Assembly (NCBI GenBank): GCA_963770835.1
Contig: CAVYRH010000015.1
Span: 1-28,513 of the forward strand
Reading direction: 5' to 3'
Source of the DNA: an uncultured Pseudomonadota bacterium
GTDB taxonomy: Bacteria; Oederibacteriota; Muellerivitia; Muellerivitales; Muellerivitaceae
Length of the DNA stretch: 28,513 bases
Positions 17,310-27,052 of the stretch are shown piece after piece (positions within the stretch are counted from its first letter, which is position 1; each line of letters opens with the position of its first letter). Position numbers and translations under genes: made by a program. Below the pieces are notes generated by a model that was given only the letters and a program-made list of their open reading frames with translations, did no database searches and was not told the origin of the DNA.

Positions 17310-19253
17310 TCAGGGCGTTTTTGGGAAAAAGCTCTCATCTGGGAACCAATTTTCCCCTGGGAAAATCTTATCGGAATAACCCACGAAACCTTCTTCGCTT
17401 TTCTTGTAATTAATCCATTGTTTCCCGTCGAAGTGATAACGCACGTAATCAGTTGAAGGCGTTGGGTTCAAATTCCCGCTCATGATCGAACCTCTTGGGG
17501 CCATGGTCGACCAGAACAGGATGTCCTTTTGGCCCGGTGACGAAGAAGGTACCCATTTCCAATTGCCCGCTTCCCTACCCCCATCCCCTCTTTCCAAAAA
17601 AATGGGCAAGGAAACCCGTTTTTCTCCAAAAGTTTCTTCGGCTTTTAAGTGATCCAGTTTCCCACCCACCACGCAAAAAATACGGGACAATGAAAAACCA
17701 TTCCCTTTTTCATCCATACTCGTACTCGTCATTAAGTAAACGGGCGGCTCGTTATCAACTGGATTCACTACCTCGAGAGTTGCAATGGGATTTTCATACT
17801 CAAAATATTGGCGGTTTATTTCATTTCCCGATGCGTCCATCAACTTGATAATCGGTTTTAAAAGATACCATTTGAACTGTTCGGGTCGCTCTGGTTTCCA
17901 ATTGCGGTTGGGTTCCTTCCCCAGCCACAAGACCAGCTTTCCATCGAAACCCTCTTTGACTTTGGTCAAATCGATGGTTTGAGAAACCGCGTAATTGCTC
18001 GAATCAGGGTAAGGAGTGGGGCAAATCGTCTGGGCGGGAAGAAGGGACGCTTCCTGGGGTGGCGGGGCTTCAATGCTAGGTGTTACCCCAATTACGGCCC
18101 AACCATATTTAGGGGGAAGCTCCCCGCTTTTATAAGCTTCAACGGCATAATAATATTTGTCGCGGGTTTTTAAGCTCTGGTAGCTGTATTTATTCGTGTG
18201 AATCCCATATCTAGTCAAGCTTGTGTAGCACTTCCCATCCTCCGAACGGTAAACCATATAACCAATGCTGTTTGGCACCTCATCCCAGTTCAAGTTATCC
18301 ACGCCTTTTAGGGTTTGGACCGTAAAATTCGCTGGTGCTGGCAAATTTATATCCGCCTCCGTCCCAATCCACTTGAACTGTATGCTACCCCCGCCCGTCC
18401 CGCTTCTAAAAATAGGATGCATCTCAAATTTGTAGGAACTTCCATTGACCAAACCCTCCACTACTGTTTCAGTCGATTTTTGAGGAAGCGAGATCTTTTT
18501 GATCACTTCGCGTTGAGCGGGTTTGGTTGAAGAAATATCTAATTCATAACCAATGGCCCCGCTTACTTTGTCCCAAGACACCTTGGCCAAACCGTCTCCT
18601 GGAAAAACCTGAAAAGACATTCCAGGAAGCTGCATGAAACCTTCCGGTCGGATTTCCTCAGGGTCATAGAGGTCTTTCTCAAGGACGAACTTTTGACCAG
18701 GGATCGGGCCGAAGGTCTTGACGCATTTCAGCAGTACTTTGTCCCAAATTTCCTTGGCGCTTTGGGGAAATTCCATATCGAAAGAAATGAAGATTTGTCC
18801 GCCCTCTTGACTAACAGGGATTTCCTTGAGATAAAAAATCTTTTCGTCCTGAAATCCAGAAATCACGAAATACTTTTTATTGATGGTCTTGTAGGTCACC
18901 TGGGCGTTCAAGTATTGCCCAAGCTGGTATTCGTATTCTTCCGGAAATGTTTTTTCTTCTTCGTTGTATTGGCCTAAAACTTTGAGCTGAACCTGACCAT
19001 CCTTGGAAACAAAGATATTTTGCTTCTCGGTTTCAACTTTCGGAACCGGGGATAACTCCGGGGGTATCTTCATTTCAAAAGCGAACTGGGAATTGGTGTA
19101 GATTCTGTTGGTACCCATCCCATTACGAATGCGAATTGCATGCATCGCTTTTGGAGCAGTGTTTTGGGCTTGGCATGGAATCACGAACCAACTTAAATCC
19201 ACCAAGGAAAGGATAAGTATGGCCGCTGTATAAATATTACATTTGGATGTCAT
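17310..19253 (-). CDS. Secreted multidomain protein with two fibronectin type III-like domains (cassette)
   Basis: Signal peptide; VSWDKVSGAIGY..VEGLVNGSSYKF and LNWDEVPNSIGYMVYRS..YYYAVEAY. Confidence 0.75.
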   Translation of the reverse strand: MTSKCNIYTAAILILSLVDLSWFVIPCQAQNTAPKAMHAIRIRNGMGTNRIYTNSQFAFEMKIPPELSPVPKVETEKQNIFVSKDGQVQLKVLGQYNEEEKTFPEEYEYQLGQYLNAQVTYKTINKKYFVISGFQDEKIFYLKEIPVSQEGGQIFISFDMEFPQSAKEIWDKVLLKCVKTFGPIPGQKFVLEKDLYDPEEIRPEGFMQLPGMSFQVFPGDGLAKVSWDKVSGAIGYELDISSTKPAQREVIKKISLPQKSTETVVEGLVNGSSYKFEMHPIFRSGTGGGSIQFKWIGTEADINLPAPANFTVQTLKGVDNLNWDEVPNSIGYMVYRSEDGKCYTSLTRYGIHTNKYSYQSLKTRDKYYYAVEAYKSGELPPKYGWAVIGVTPSIEAPPPQEASLLPAQTICPTPYPDSSNYAVSQTIDLTKVKEGFDGKLVLWLGKEPNRNWKPERPEQFKWYLLKPIIKLMDASGNEINRQYFEYENPIATLEVVNPVDNEPPVYLMTSTSMDEKGNGFSLSRIFCVVGGKLDHLKAEETFGEKRVSLPIFLERGDGGREAGNWKWVPSSSPGQKDILFWSTMAPRGSIMSGNLNPTPSTDYVRYHFDGKQWINYKKSEEGFVGYSDKIFPGENWFPDESFFPKTP

Positions 19254-19323
19254 AAATTTACCTCGGAGATATACGCGTACAAAGCACATCATTCAAAAAC
19301 TCATTTCATCGCGTTAAAGCTAT

Positions 19324-19351
19324 TGTCCATGACGGGTCCCCGTCGTAGACA
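19324..19351. repeat. 28-bp cassette-boundary site, copy 10
   Basis: tgtccatgacg-ggtccc-cgtcgtagaca. Confidence 0.88.
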
Positions 19352-19380
19352 AGCTTTGAACCTAGACTCTTTGACTGTTT

Positions 19381-20010
19381 TTACCCTTCGTCTTTCTCCA
19401 GCTGCATTCGTTTGACTCGACCATCATCATCAAAATCGATCGATAAATAAGTTCCATCTTTCCATGTAACCTGTAACTGGAGATCTCCATTTTTTTGAGA
19501 ACCCCTAACTTGTATTAGCTTCCCATAGATCCTTTCAACCTTCGAAAAAGAATCACCCAAAGCCAGACCCTGGCCGGTTAAACCCATTTTTCCATTTGGT
19601 TTGCTGCCCAAAACCCGAATGGCATTTTCTGCCGTTTCAATGATCTTCCCCGTTTTAGAGTCCGTATAGTAACCCGAAAAGAAGTGCATCTCTGTATTGG
19701 GTAATGACCAAATGTATTCCTTGCTTCCACTTCCCGGATCATATTGTTTATCGTCTTTGTCAGTCTCAATCTTTATCGTTGTTGGTTTACCGAATGTTTT
19801 AATAACCTTCGTTAAATTAATTCGATAAATATCCACTCCACAAATGACATGTTCAGCCTTTCCATTGGAATAAACATCATCCGCAAAATCAGGTCCTGTT
19901 CCAAATGAGGCGGAAGTCAAAAAAAATGTGAACAAAATAAATAATACTTTATTTAATCCGAAATTGAACTTTGACATTTCACGCCTTTCTTCACCTTGAA
20001 TTTCATTCAT
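19381..20010 (-). CDS. Secreted hypothetical protein (cassette)
   Basis: Signal-like segment; GLALGDSFSKVERIYG motif; fills the inter-site interval. The start may be at 19977. Confidence 0.72.
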   Translation of the reverse strand: MNEIQGEERREMSKFNFGLNKVLFILFTFFLTSASFGTGPDFADDVYSNGKAEHVICGVDIYRINLTKVIKTFGKPTTIKIETDKDDKQYDPGSGSKEYIWSLPNTEMHFFSGYYTDSKTGKIIETAENAIRVLGSKPNGKMGLTGQGLALGDSFSKVERIYGKLIQVRGSQKNGDLQLQVTWKDGTYLSIDFDDDGRVKRMQLEKDEG

Positions 20011-20032
20011 AACTTAGTTAAAGCTTTTTCTT

Positions 20033-20060
20033 TGTCCACGAAGGGTCCCCATCGTGGACA
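20033..20060. repeat. 28-bp cassette-boundary site, copy 11
   Basis: tgtccacgaag-ggtccc-catcgtggaca. Confidence 0.88.
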
Positions 20061-20246
20061 GCCTTAGCCTTTGGCTTTTATTAATCTTTCTTCAAAGTAA
20101 TCCATTAACTTCTTTCTTATTGGCGTCATAGCTCAATTCAATAATACTGGCATCTTCTGGGCAATCATCGTTGCATGTATACCCTTCCAACATGCTGAGG
20201 TATCCCATTTGATCCAAAAACAGTACCAAACCCGCTCAATGTCCGG

Positions 20247-20951
20247 CTACCGTAAAGCGTTAAGACCAGTTTTTCTTACTTGGGTTATAGTTGAAGCTGA
20301 GTCTTTCCAACCTAAGTCATAAGACTCTTTAAAATACTTAATGGCCTCTTTTCGAACGATGAAATCAATTTTATTGGTATCCAAATGTCCAAGCCAGGAA
20401 TTGCCATGCATTGATAAATTCAATCTGTTGACAATCTGGCCATCGTTTGATTGCTTCAAATCAAAATACCCTTGAAGGACTAAATTAAGATCTTTATTTG
20501 TTGATGGTTTAGGAACTATTTCCCAAGTTCCATCCAAGAAATTTATATTTGTAACCAAAGTTTCATCAGCTTTGATTTTTATTGTTGAAGCAAAATTGTA
20601 GTCCCAAATCCCATTGGTTCTCGATATTTCATACCGTATTTTCGGGTCTGCTTTATCTACGGCAGTAAAGGAACGTGCAAAATATCCCCAAGAATTCCAT
20701 TCTTCATAAACATTTACAGCCCTTTCATGGGCTTCCAATATAAAACGAAGTTTTTTTGGAGAACCCTTTTTCAATTCAAACAACCTATGCTCGTCCCCTT
20801 CAATTCGAGCGGTTAATCGGCCATTAGAAAGATCCCCGTAGGTCAATTTGCTGACGTCGAATTTATCGCTAAAAAAGAGGTAGGGCTTCAATCCGACCGA
20901 ACAAACTAGGATCGAAAAGAAAAGCGCTCCATAAATTAATATTCTTTTCAA
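20247..20951 (-). CDS. Secreted/membrane-anchored hypothetical protein (cassette)
   Basis: 234-aa ORF with an N-terminal hydrophobic segment. Confidence 0.7.
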   Translation of the reverse strand: MKRILIYGALFFSILVCSVGLKPYLFFSDKFDVSKLTYGDLSNGRLTARIEGDEHRLFELKKGSPKKLRFILEAHERAVNVYEEWNSWGYFARSFTAVDKADPKIRYEISRTNGIWDYNFASTIKIKADETLVTNINFLDGTWEIVPKPSTNKDLNLVLQGYFDLKQSNDGQIVNRLNLSMHGNSWLGHLDTNKIDFIVRKEAIKYFKESYDLGWKDSASTITQVRKTGLNALR

Positions 20952-21003
20952 ATTAGACTTTCTAAAAATAATTGGGCCAGGCCACGATTACCCATTTTCG
21001 CGT

Positions 21004-21031
21004 TGTCCATTCCGGGTCCCCGTCGTGGACA
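21004..21031. repeat. 28-bp cassette-boundary site, copy 12
   Basis: tgtccattccg-ggtccc-cgtcgtggaca. Confidence 0.88.
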
Positions 21032-21268
21032 ACAATCAAGAAATTTTTACAAACCCAACTTCACTCCAACTTGAACCTGAAGGAACCCCGCGTTAGAGAA
21101 TTGACGCCAAATCACTTCATCAAAAATATTAATATTTTTAATTATTTTTTCATTAGAACCTAGCTCAAATTGATAACCGAAAAAAATTAGTACTTATTGG
21201 AAAACTTGTTGAGGATGTATTATCAAACCCCAATCCCGCAAATAGATAAGGTTTAAAGTTTTCCGAAA

Positions 21269-21333
21269 GTCCACAGTTGGCAGTTGACGGCTGACAGAGA
21301 AACCCGAAAACTTGGCGGTATTTTATAGCCAAG
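21269..21333. repeat. 65-bp non-coding direct repeat, copy A
   Basis: gtccacagttggcagttgacggctgacagagaaacccgaaaacttggcggtattttatagccaag; 3 mismatches to 23748-23812. Confidence 0.85.
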
Positions 21334-21429
21334 CCGGGCGATTGGGGATGCATTTTCAATCAATGAATAAACGGGGATTCCCTGGCTTTGGAAACCTCAA
21401 GACGGTCCTGAGAGCGGTTGTTTTTAAAA

Positions 21430-22452
21430 TCACCAGGCCGTCGCCGCCACCGCGCCGTTAAAAGCAACCGCCGCAAACACCCCATTCCCATAGGCCACGG
21501 ATTCCCAGTTCTGTGAATTGGGCAGGCTGCGCCCCGTCCAATTGATCCCGTCCGGGGATGTCGCCGCCACCGCGCTGGGGCCGTCGGCAACTGCCGTAAA
21601 ATAGCCATTCCCGTAGGTCACTGACTGCCAGTCCTGTACGCTGGGGAGGGTTTGGGCCGTCCAGGTGATCCCATCCGGGGATGTCGCCGCCACCGAGCTC
21701 AAAAAAGCAACCGCCACAAATACCCCATTCCCATAGGCCACTGACTCCCATACCCTTACGCTGGGGAGGGTTTGGGCCGTCCAGGTGATCCCGTCCGGGG
21801 ATGTCGCCGCCACCGTATCCGGGCCACCGAGGCTGCTCGTGCTCACCGCCACAAAAACCCCATTCCCGTAGGCCACGGAGTTCCAATCCTGCGAACTGGG
21901 GAGGGTGCGGGACGTCCAGGTGACCCCGTCCGGGGAGGACGCCGCCACATTGTTACTCTGTGTAACCGTCACAAACACCCCATTGAGGCCGTAGGTCACG
22001 GAACACCAGACCTGTATGCTGGGGAGGGTTTGGGCCGTCCAGGTGATCCCATCCGGGGATGTCGCCGCCACCGAGCTGGGGCCGCCGGCAACCGCCACAA
22101 AAACCCCATTCCCATAGGCCACGGAATACCAACTCTGCGAACTGGGGAGGGTGCGGGCCGTCCAGGTGACCCCGTCCGGGGATGTCGCCGCCACATTGCT
22201 ACTCCGGGCAACCGCCACGAACACCCCATTCCCGTAAGTCACTGATGACCATTCCTGTGAACTGGGGAGGGCGCGTGAGGTCCATGTCGCTCCCGGCCAA
22301 GGGGTGATCGTGGGCGAAGGGGTAATGGTTGCCGTTGCCGCCACCTGCACCACCGTCACCGGCCCCAGGGCCGTAGGGCCCAGGTTTTTCCCGCAGGCCA
22401 GCGGTAAGAGGGCGAGCCAGGCCAAAATCAAAACAGCCAAGAACTTATTCAT
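21430..22452 (-). CDS. Lipoprotein with tandem Asp-box/BNR-like beta-propeller repeats (paralog 2)
   Basis: ATG 22452 with an AAGGAGG RBS; lipobox LPLAC; ~7 repeats of WTA.TLPS.Q.W.SV.YGNGVFVAVA..AATSPDG. Confidence 0.85.
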   Translation of the reverse strand: MNKFLAVLILAWLALLPLACGKNLGPTALGPVTVVQVAATATITPSPTITPWPGATWTSRALPSSQEWSSVTYGNGVFVAVARSSNVAATSPDGVTWTARTLPSSQSWYSVAYGNGVFVAVAGGPSSVAATSPDGITWTAQTLPSIQVWCSVTYGLNGVFVTVTQSNNVAASSPDGVTWTSRTLPSSQDWNSVAYGNGVFVAVSTSSLGGPDTVAATSPDGITWTAQTLPSVRVWESVAYGNGVFVAVAFLSSVAATSPDGITWTAQTLPSVQDWQSVTYGNGYFTAVADGPSAVAATSPDGINWTGRSLPNSQNWESVAYGNGVFAAVAFNGAVAATAW

Positions 22453-22504
22453 GCTCCACTCCTCCTTAATATCGGCTGAAGGCAAGTCCGCGCGAACAAC
22501 CGGA

Positions 22505-23506
22505 TTACCAGGATGTCGCCGCCACCGCGCTTCCACTTGGCCCACTCGCAAGCGCCACAAACCAACCATTCCCGTAAGCCAACGATTGCCAATACTGCGA
22601 ACTGGGGAGGGCGCGGGCCGTCCAATCAATCCCGTTCGGTGAGGTCGCCGCCACCGCGCTGGGCCCAGCCGCAACTGCCACAAACACGCCGTTCCCGTAG
22701 GTCACGGATTGCCAGTACTGTGAACTGGGGAGGCTACAGGCCGTCCAATTGATCCCGTCCGGGGATGTCGCCGCTACGGCGCTGGGTCCAGTGGCAATCG
22801 CCACAAACACGCCATTCCCGTAGGTCACTGAAATCAAATTCTGTGAACTGGGGAGGGTGCGGGCCGTCCAGGTGATCCCGTCCGGCGACGTCGCCGCCGC
22901 CGTACCACCCGTAGCAACCGCCGCAAACACGCCATTCCCGTAGGCCACTGACTGCCAGGGACGTGAACTGGGAAGGGTTTGGGCCGTCCAGGTGACCCCG
23001 TCCGGCGAGGTCGCCGCCACCGTGCTCAGTTCAGCAACCGCCACAAACAGTCCATCCGCGCTGGTCACGCATATCCAATCCTGTGAGCTGGGAAGGGTTT
23101 GTTGCGTCCAATGGATCCCGTCCGGTGATGTCGCCGCCACCGCGCTCCCAAAAGCAACCGCCACAAACTCCCCATTCCCGTAGGTCACGGAGTACCATTC
23201 CTGTGTACTGGGGAGGGTTTGGGCCGTCCAGGTGACCCCGTCCGGCGAGGTCGCCGCCGCCGTACCAAAAGAAACCGCCACAAACACACCATTCCCGTAG
23301 GCCACTGAATTCCAAGCATGTGTACTGGGGAGGGTTTGGGCCGTCCAGGTCTGCCCGGGTACGGGGGTGATGGTCGGGCTCGCCGTGATCGTGGAGGTGG
23401 GCGCCAACACCGTCACCGGCCCCAGGGCCGCGGGGCTCATGTTTTTCCCGCAGGCCAGCGGCAGCGACGCGGCAAAGATGATTAAAACCGCCGATATTTT
23501 TTGCAT
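22505..23506 (-). CDS. Lipoprotein with tandem Asp-box/BNR-like beta-propeller repeats (paralog 1)
   Basis: Lipobox LPLAC; same repeat unit as 21430-22452. Confidence 0.85.
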   Translation of the reverse strand: MQKISAVLIIFAASLPLACGKNMSPAALGPVTVLAPTSTITASPTITPVPGQTWTAQTLPSTHAWNSVAYGNGVFVAVSFGTAAATSPDGVTWTAQTLPSTQEWYSVTYGNGEFVAVAFGSAVAATSPDGIHWTQQTLPSSQDWICVTSADGLFVAVAELSTVAATSPDGVTWTAQTLPSSRPWQSVAYGNGVFAAVATGGTAAATSPDGITWTARTLPSSQNLISVTYGNGVFVAIATGPSAVAATSPDGINWTACSLPSSQYWQSVTYGNGVFVAVAAGPSAVAATSPNGIDWTARALPSSQYWQSLAYGNGWFVALASGPSGSAVAATSW

Positions 23507-23747
23507 CTCTATCCCCTTTTTTTGATTCCCAAACCGGTCCCAAGCATCCCGGTTCCTTTAAATGTTTTGCATTTTAAGTTTTAGGCAATGCCGTTTCAAC
23601 TGACTTTTATATTCGCAAAACGGGTGGTTATGCCTGGAAAACAATTGAAATTTCGCTGATGGATTACGGGTGGTGGGAAGAAACCATGGAAATGGACCCG
23701 GCGATGTCGAAATTCTTGATGGATACCTGGCGGAGCATTTGACACCG

Positions 23748-23812
23748 GTCCACAGTTGGCGGTTGACGGCTGACAGGGAAACCCGAAAACTTGGCGGTAT
23801 TTTATACCCAAG
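23748..23812. repeat. 65-bp non-coding direct repeat, copy B
   Basis: gtccacagttggcggttgacggctgacagggaaacccgaaaacttggcggtattttatacccaag. Confidence 0.85.
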
Positions 23813-23938
23813 GTAGGCAGATTGGGATAGCTAAGATTTGCCGGGCTAAGGGCGCCTTTTCAATCGATGGATTGGGGGGGATTTTGTGGTGTTGGAACAC
23901 AAAAGGCGGCCCTGACCACTGTAAATAGGATTTCGACT

Positions 23939-23966
23939 TGTCCAATGCGGGTCCCCATCGTGGACA
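23939..23966. repeat. 28-bp cassette-boundary site, copy 13
   Basis: tgtccaatgcg-ggtccc-catcgtggaca. Confidence 0.85.
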
Positions 23967-23977
23967 ACCGAAAATGC

Positions 23978-25372
23978 TTAGTGAAGATATTTTGTAATTT
24001 CTTTAAGCAATGGTTCGGATTCAATTGTGGACAACCCCTTAGCCAATTGGACCTTCTGTCCCTCGTATTCGAATTCTAGCCCGTAAGTATCCTTCAATTT
24101 CATGGCCATCCCACCCGCTTCCTTGCCCTGAGATGCCAATTGCAGATGGGTGATCTTGGAAGGGTCGAAGTTTTGGCGCTTTTTCCGGAACCCTTTCTCA
24201 CCCAGGCTCCATTCTTTCGAGTCCATGGTCAATTCTTCGTCGTATTCAATTTTTTCCAGCCGGACACCGCCCCTCGTCCCCCGGTCGATCCATTTCCGTC
24301 CCCGGATCAATATCTTAACGGCTTCCCCGGAAGGAGAAACGGAATACCGGGGTTTGGGGACAGCCAGTTCCGGGAAACGGTCTTGAATGGCCTTGAGCAG
24401 GCGGGTGGATTCCCGCCTATCCAAAGATCGCGCGAGAAGGGCAATCTTCTTCTCGCCCCGGTGGTCCATCTCCAATCCGTTCCCCAGGTCCGAAACCCTT
24501 ATGGCGTCAATATCTTGAAACAGGTAGGTTTTCGGAAGACCGATCCCCCATGGCCCTACCACTCGGGTCCATCGACCTTCTTTCAAGGTCATGATTTCTT
24601 TGTTGAAATAGGATACCCAAATGAAAAGGACCACCAAAACAAGGACAAAGGCAATCAACAGTTGGATGGGATCGTGGTTTTTTTGCGCCCCTTCCACCAG
24701 ACCTAGGGCCGTGAAACCCAAAAGCCCCCCAAGGACAAAGACCTGCAATAGATTGCTGCCGGCATGCCCAATCCGAACCTTCAATCTCTCCGCGCTTTCC
24801 AAGATAGCTAGGTTCTTGGTACGTATGGCCCCCTTCGCGCCTTCCGGGTTGGCGACAATCCCAGCCTTCGGGTAATAGGAAACGAGAATCTCCAATAAAT
24901 GTTTAGCGGCCGACGGGCCTAAAAACAGGACGTCGATTCTGGCTTCGGCCCCTCCATAGTCGAAAAGAATATTGACCTCATCGTCATCCAGACGAAGGTC
25001 GCTCATAATGACTGGATCGTAGATCCGGGCCAGTGACATTCCCAGCAGGTTTTTACTCACTTCCATCTTTTCCTTGGAGAGATTCAAAACGTCCCGGCCG
25101 AAAAGGCCTCTGAATAACTTATTGGGATTGAAAAGGGCGAGCAGGAATCCGCCGATGACGATGGGGATACCCAAGTTCAAATAGTTTCCACGGGTGACCG
25201 TTACATCATAGATCCCCCAGGCCAGCACGATGGGAACGGCGAGAGTCACAAAAGAAAAAAGGGCAATCCCTGTAGGTTTCATCTTTCTATCGATAAAAAT
25301 CTTGTACCGATTTCCGTCAGATTCTATTTGAAGACCTTTTATGTTTTTCAACGCCGACTTGCTGGTGTCCAC
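23978..25372 (-). CDS. Membrane protein with repeated (2 TM + soluble domain) units (cassette)
   Basis: 464 aa; two TM hairpins, each followed by a similar soluble segment, plus a third soluble repeat. Confidence 0.75.
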   Translation of the reverse strand: MDTSKSALKNIKGLQIESDGNRYKIFIDRKMKPTGIALFSFVTLAVPIVLAWGIYDVTVTRGNYLNLGIPIVIGGFLLALFNPNKLFRGLFGRDVLNLSKEKMEVSKNLLGMSLARIYDPVIMSDLRLDDDEVNILFDYGGAEARIDVLFLGPSAAKHLLEILVSYYPKAGIVANPEGAKGAIRTKNLAILESAERLKVRIGHAGSNLLQVFVLGGLLGFTALGLVEGAQKNHDPIQLLIAFVLVLVVLFIWVSYFNKEIMTLKEGRWTRVVGPWGIGLPKTYLFQDIDAIRVSDLGNGLEMDHRGEKKIALLARSLDRRESTRLLKAIQDRFPELAVPKPRYSVSPSGEAVKILIRGRKWIDRGTRGGVRLEKIEYDEELTMDSKEWSLGEKGFRKKRQNFDPSKITHLQLASQGKEAGGMAMKLKDTYGLEFEYEGQKVQLAKGLSTIESEPLLKEITKYLH

Positions 25373-25413
25373 TAATTGGCCTTTCCTAATTCCCGATTTA
25401 ACCCAATTTTACC

Positions 25414-25441
25414 TGTTCACTTAGGGTCCCCGTCGTGGACA
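25414..25441. repeat. 28-bp cassette-boundary site, copy 14
   Basis: tgttcacttag-ggtccc-cgtcgtggaca. Confidence 0.82.
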
Positions 25442-25515
25442 ATAAACTTACTCGATTTTACCCATCAAGAATTGTTGGTGGCGAGTTCACCTAACATTTG
25501 TAGAGTCCAAACGAT

Positions 25516-26379
25516 CTATTTCTTATTTTTCAAAGCAGAAATATAAGGGTCCGTTTTCAATTTATTTTTAATTACTTCGTAAACACCGCCATCCACATCT
25601 TTTAGTTTATTAACGATCTGATCAGCCTCATCCCCCTTGAATATCCCGTAAAATTTATCCCATCCCTCCTTCATGCGGCCTTGATACCAATATAAAGTGG
25701 CGACTTTGCAAGCGTCATCTAGTATCCCATCCTGGCACTTGTCCCCCTTTAATTTTTCGAGCTCTTGGTCAAAAAACTTGGGAAACTTATCGTTTGCGGG
25801 AACATATTTTCGGATTTTCAGGTCATAAGCGAAAATGAGTTTTGGAACAACGCAAGAACCAAAGGCACCCAATAGATGCTTCCAAGGATCTGATAAATCG
25901 ATTATTTCGACGTTCCCGTCGCCATTAATATCCTCCAACTCAAAATAACCCGCTCCCAACTGTCCGAAATCCCTGCCGCTGAATAAAACCGTCATTTCTT
26001 TTCCGAGGTTCAAAAACAGATAATCGCCGCCGCCATTCGCGCCTCCACCCCACCAACTGAGGACCAATTGGGTATCGGGGCCGGGGAATAACTTCCCGAC
26101 TTGGATTTTGTTCCATTCCCGGCTCTGGTCATCCGTCCAGTCCGGATAGCTTTTCATCGCCATCCCCCAATAGGATTCGAGCACTTTTCCATTCTTTTTT
26201 ACTTGGATTAAGATTGGATCTCCATAATCATCGGGATCGGTTGGCTTTGGTTTCAAATTGCGAACAATTTCATATTCCCCTATTTTTAAGTCATCACTTT
26301 TTATAACTTTGACTTCCGAACTAAAGAGTTCCGTCGGGAGAAGTATTAAAAAAAATATTCCAATTAATACTTTTTTCAT
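25516..26379 (-). CDS. Secreted hypothetical protein with an FG-GAP/VCBS-like motif (cassette)
   Basis: Start MKKVLIG at 26379; signal peptide; LEDINGDGNVEII. Confidence 0.75.
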   Translation of the reverse strand: MKKVLIGIFFLILLPTELFSSEVKVIKSDDLKIGEYEIVRNLKPKPTDPDDYGDPILIQVKKNGKVLESYWGMAMKSYPDWTDDQSREWNKIQVGKLFPGPDTQLVLSWWGGGANGGGDYLFLNLGKEMTVLFSGRDFGQLGAGYFELEDINGDGNVEIIDLSDPWKHLLGAFGSCVVPKLIFAYDLKIRKYVPANDKFPKFFDQELEKLKGDKCQDGILDDACKVATLYWYQGRMKEGWDKFYGIFKGDEADQIVNKLKDVDGGVYEVIKNKLKTDPYISALKNKK

Positions 26380-26404
26380 CGTTGTATACCTTTCCAAAAC
26401 TGTT

Positions 26405-26432
26405 TGTCCACGACGGGTCCCCATCGTGGAGA
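26405..26432. repeat. 28-bp cassette-boundary site, copy 15
   Basis: tgtccacgacg-ggtccc-catcgtggaga. Confidence 0.88.
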
Positions 26433-26450
26433 AGAAATACCGACTGCGTG

Positions 26451-26849
26451 TTAAAAGATTTGAACTTCCTTGATAACCCTGGCCATGTGGTTGAAATCCG
26501 CGTCATTATGCAAAAGCTGTAGCTTGTGCTCAATCGCAACCTGGCAGATCAGGCAGTCTATGGAACTGCGGGGCGTAACACCTTTTTCCCGGCAGCGGAA
26601 ATAAATCCGCGCCGCTTGGGCGTAGGATTCCAGGCCCCGCGTAACTCCATAAATGATTTGGGTATCCAGGTATTCCCGGAGATTCCGGAAATCTTTCTCG
26701 GAGGAAGCGCCCTGGAGGATTTCCTGATAGACGTGTTCGGTGATCCCATAGGGAACCCTGCGATCCAAAATCCCCTCAAACCGGTCCACTGCGGCGTTCC
26801 GCCGTTCCCTTAGGAAATCAATAAGAACCGACGTATCCACGAGGATCAA
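26451..26849 (-). CDS. vapC: PIN-domain VapC toxin
   Basis: MILVDTSVLIDF..EILQG..SSIDCLI..LLHNDADF. Confidence 0.92.
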   Translation of the reverse strand: MILVDTSVLIDFLRERRNAAVDRFEGILDRRVPYGITEHVYQEILQGASSEKDFRNLREYLDTQIIYGVTRGLESYAQAARIYFRCREKGVTPRSSIDCLICQVAIEHKLQLLHNDADFNHMARVIKEVQIF

Positions 26850-27052
26850 GAGCCGTGACTTACACGAAGCATTTTGTGGTCGTACCCTTTTCGAAAATGG
26901 ACCTTGCCCTTCAGGTCCCGCAAATCGCGCCGGCCATGATGGGCCACGAATTCCCGCAAGGCGACCTCAAAAAGTTCTTTTTTTGTTTTAGCCCCTGAAA
27001 AGCGAAGGGCTTTTTGAACCAAGTCATCATCCAACACAACATTCGTGCGCAT
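26846..27052 (-). CDS. vapB: VapB family antitoxin
   Basis: MRTNVVLDDDLVQKALRFSGAKTKKELFEVALREFV; AGGAGG RBS; overlaps vapC. An ATACAC-N7-GTGTAT inverted repeat lies upstream (27069-27087). Confidence 0.9.
   Translation of the reverse strand: MRTNVVLDDDLVQKALRFSGAKTKKELFEVALREFVAHHGRRDLRDLKGKVHFRKGYDHKMLRVSHGS

Noticed and set aside
11527..19292. A Cas effector (Cas12/Cas9/Cas13) among the neighbouring ORFs
   Set aside because: The flanking ORFs have signal peptides or TM segments and no RuvC, HNH or HEPN motifs that I could recognise.
21360..23543. Repetitive alternative-frame ORFs and the N-terminal extension to 22683
   Set aside because: They are shadows of the repeat lipoprotein genes. 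The true start at 22452 has a strong RBS and a lipobox.
21165..23811. Small ORFs 21165-21359 and 23596-23811 sharing IKYRQVFGF.CQPSTANCG
   Set aside because: The similarity is confined to the 65-bp DNA repeat, the flanks are unrelated and there is no RBS, so they are treated as non-coding.
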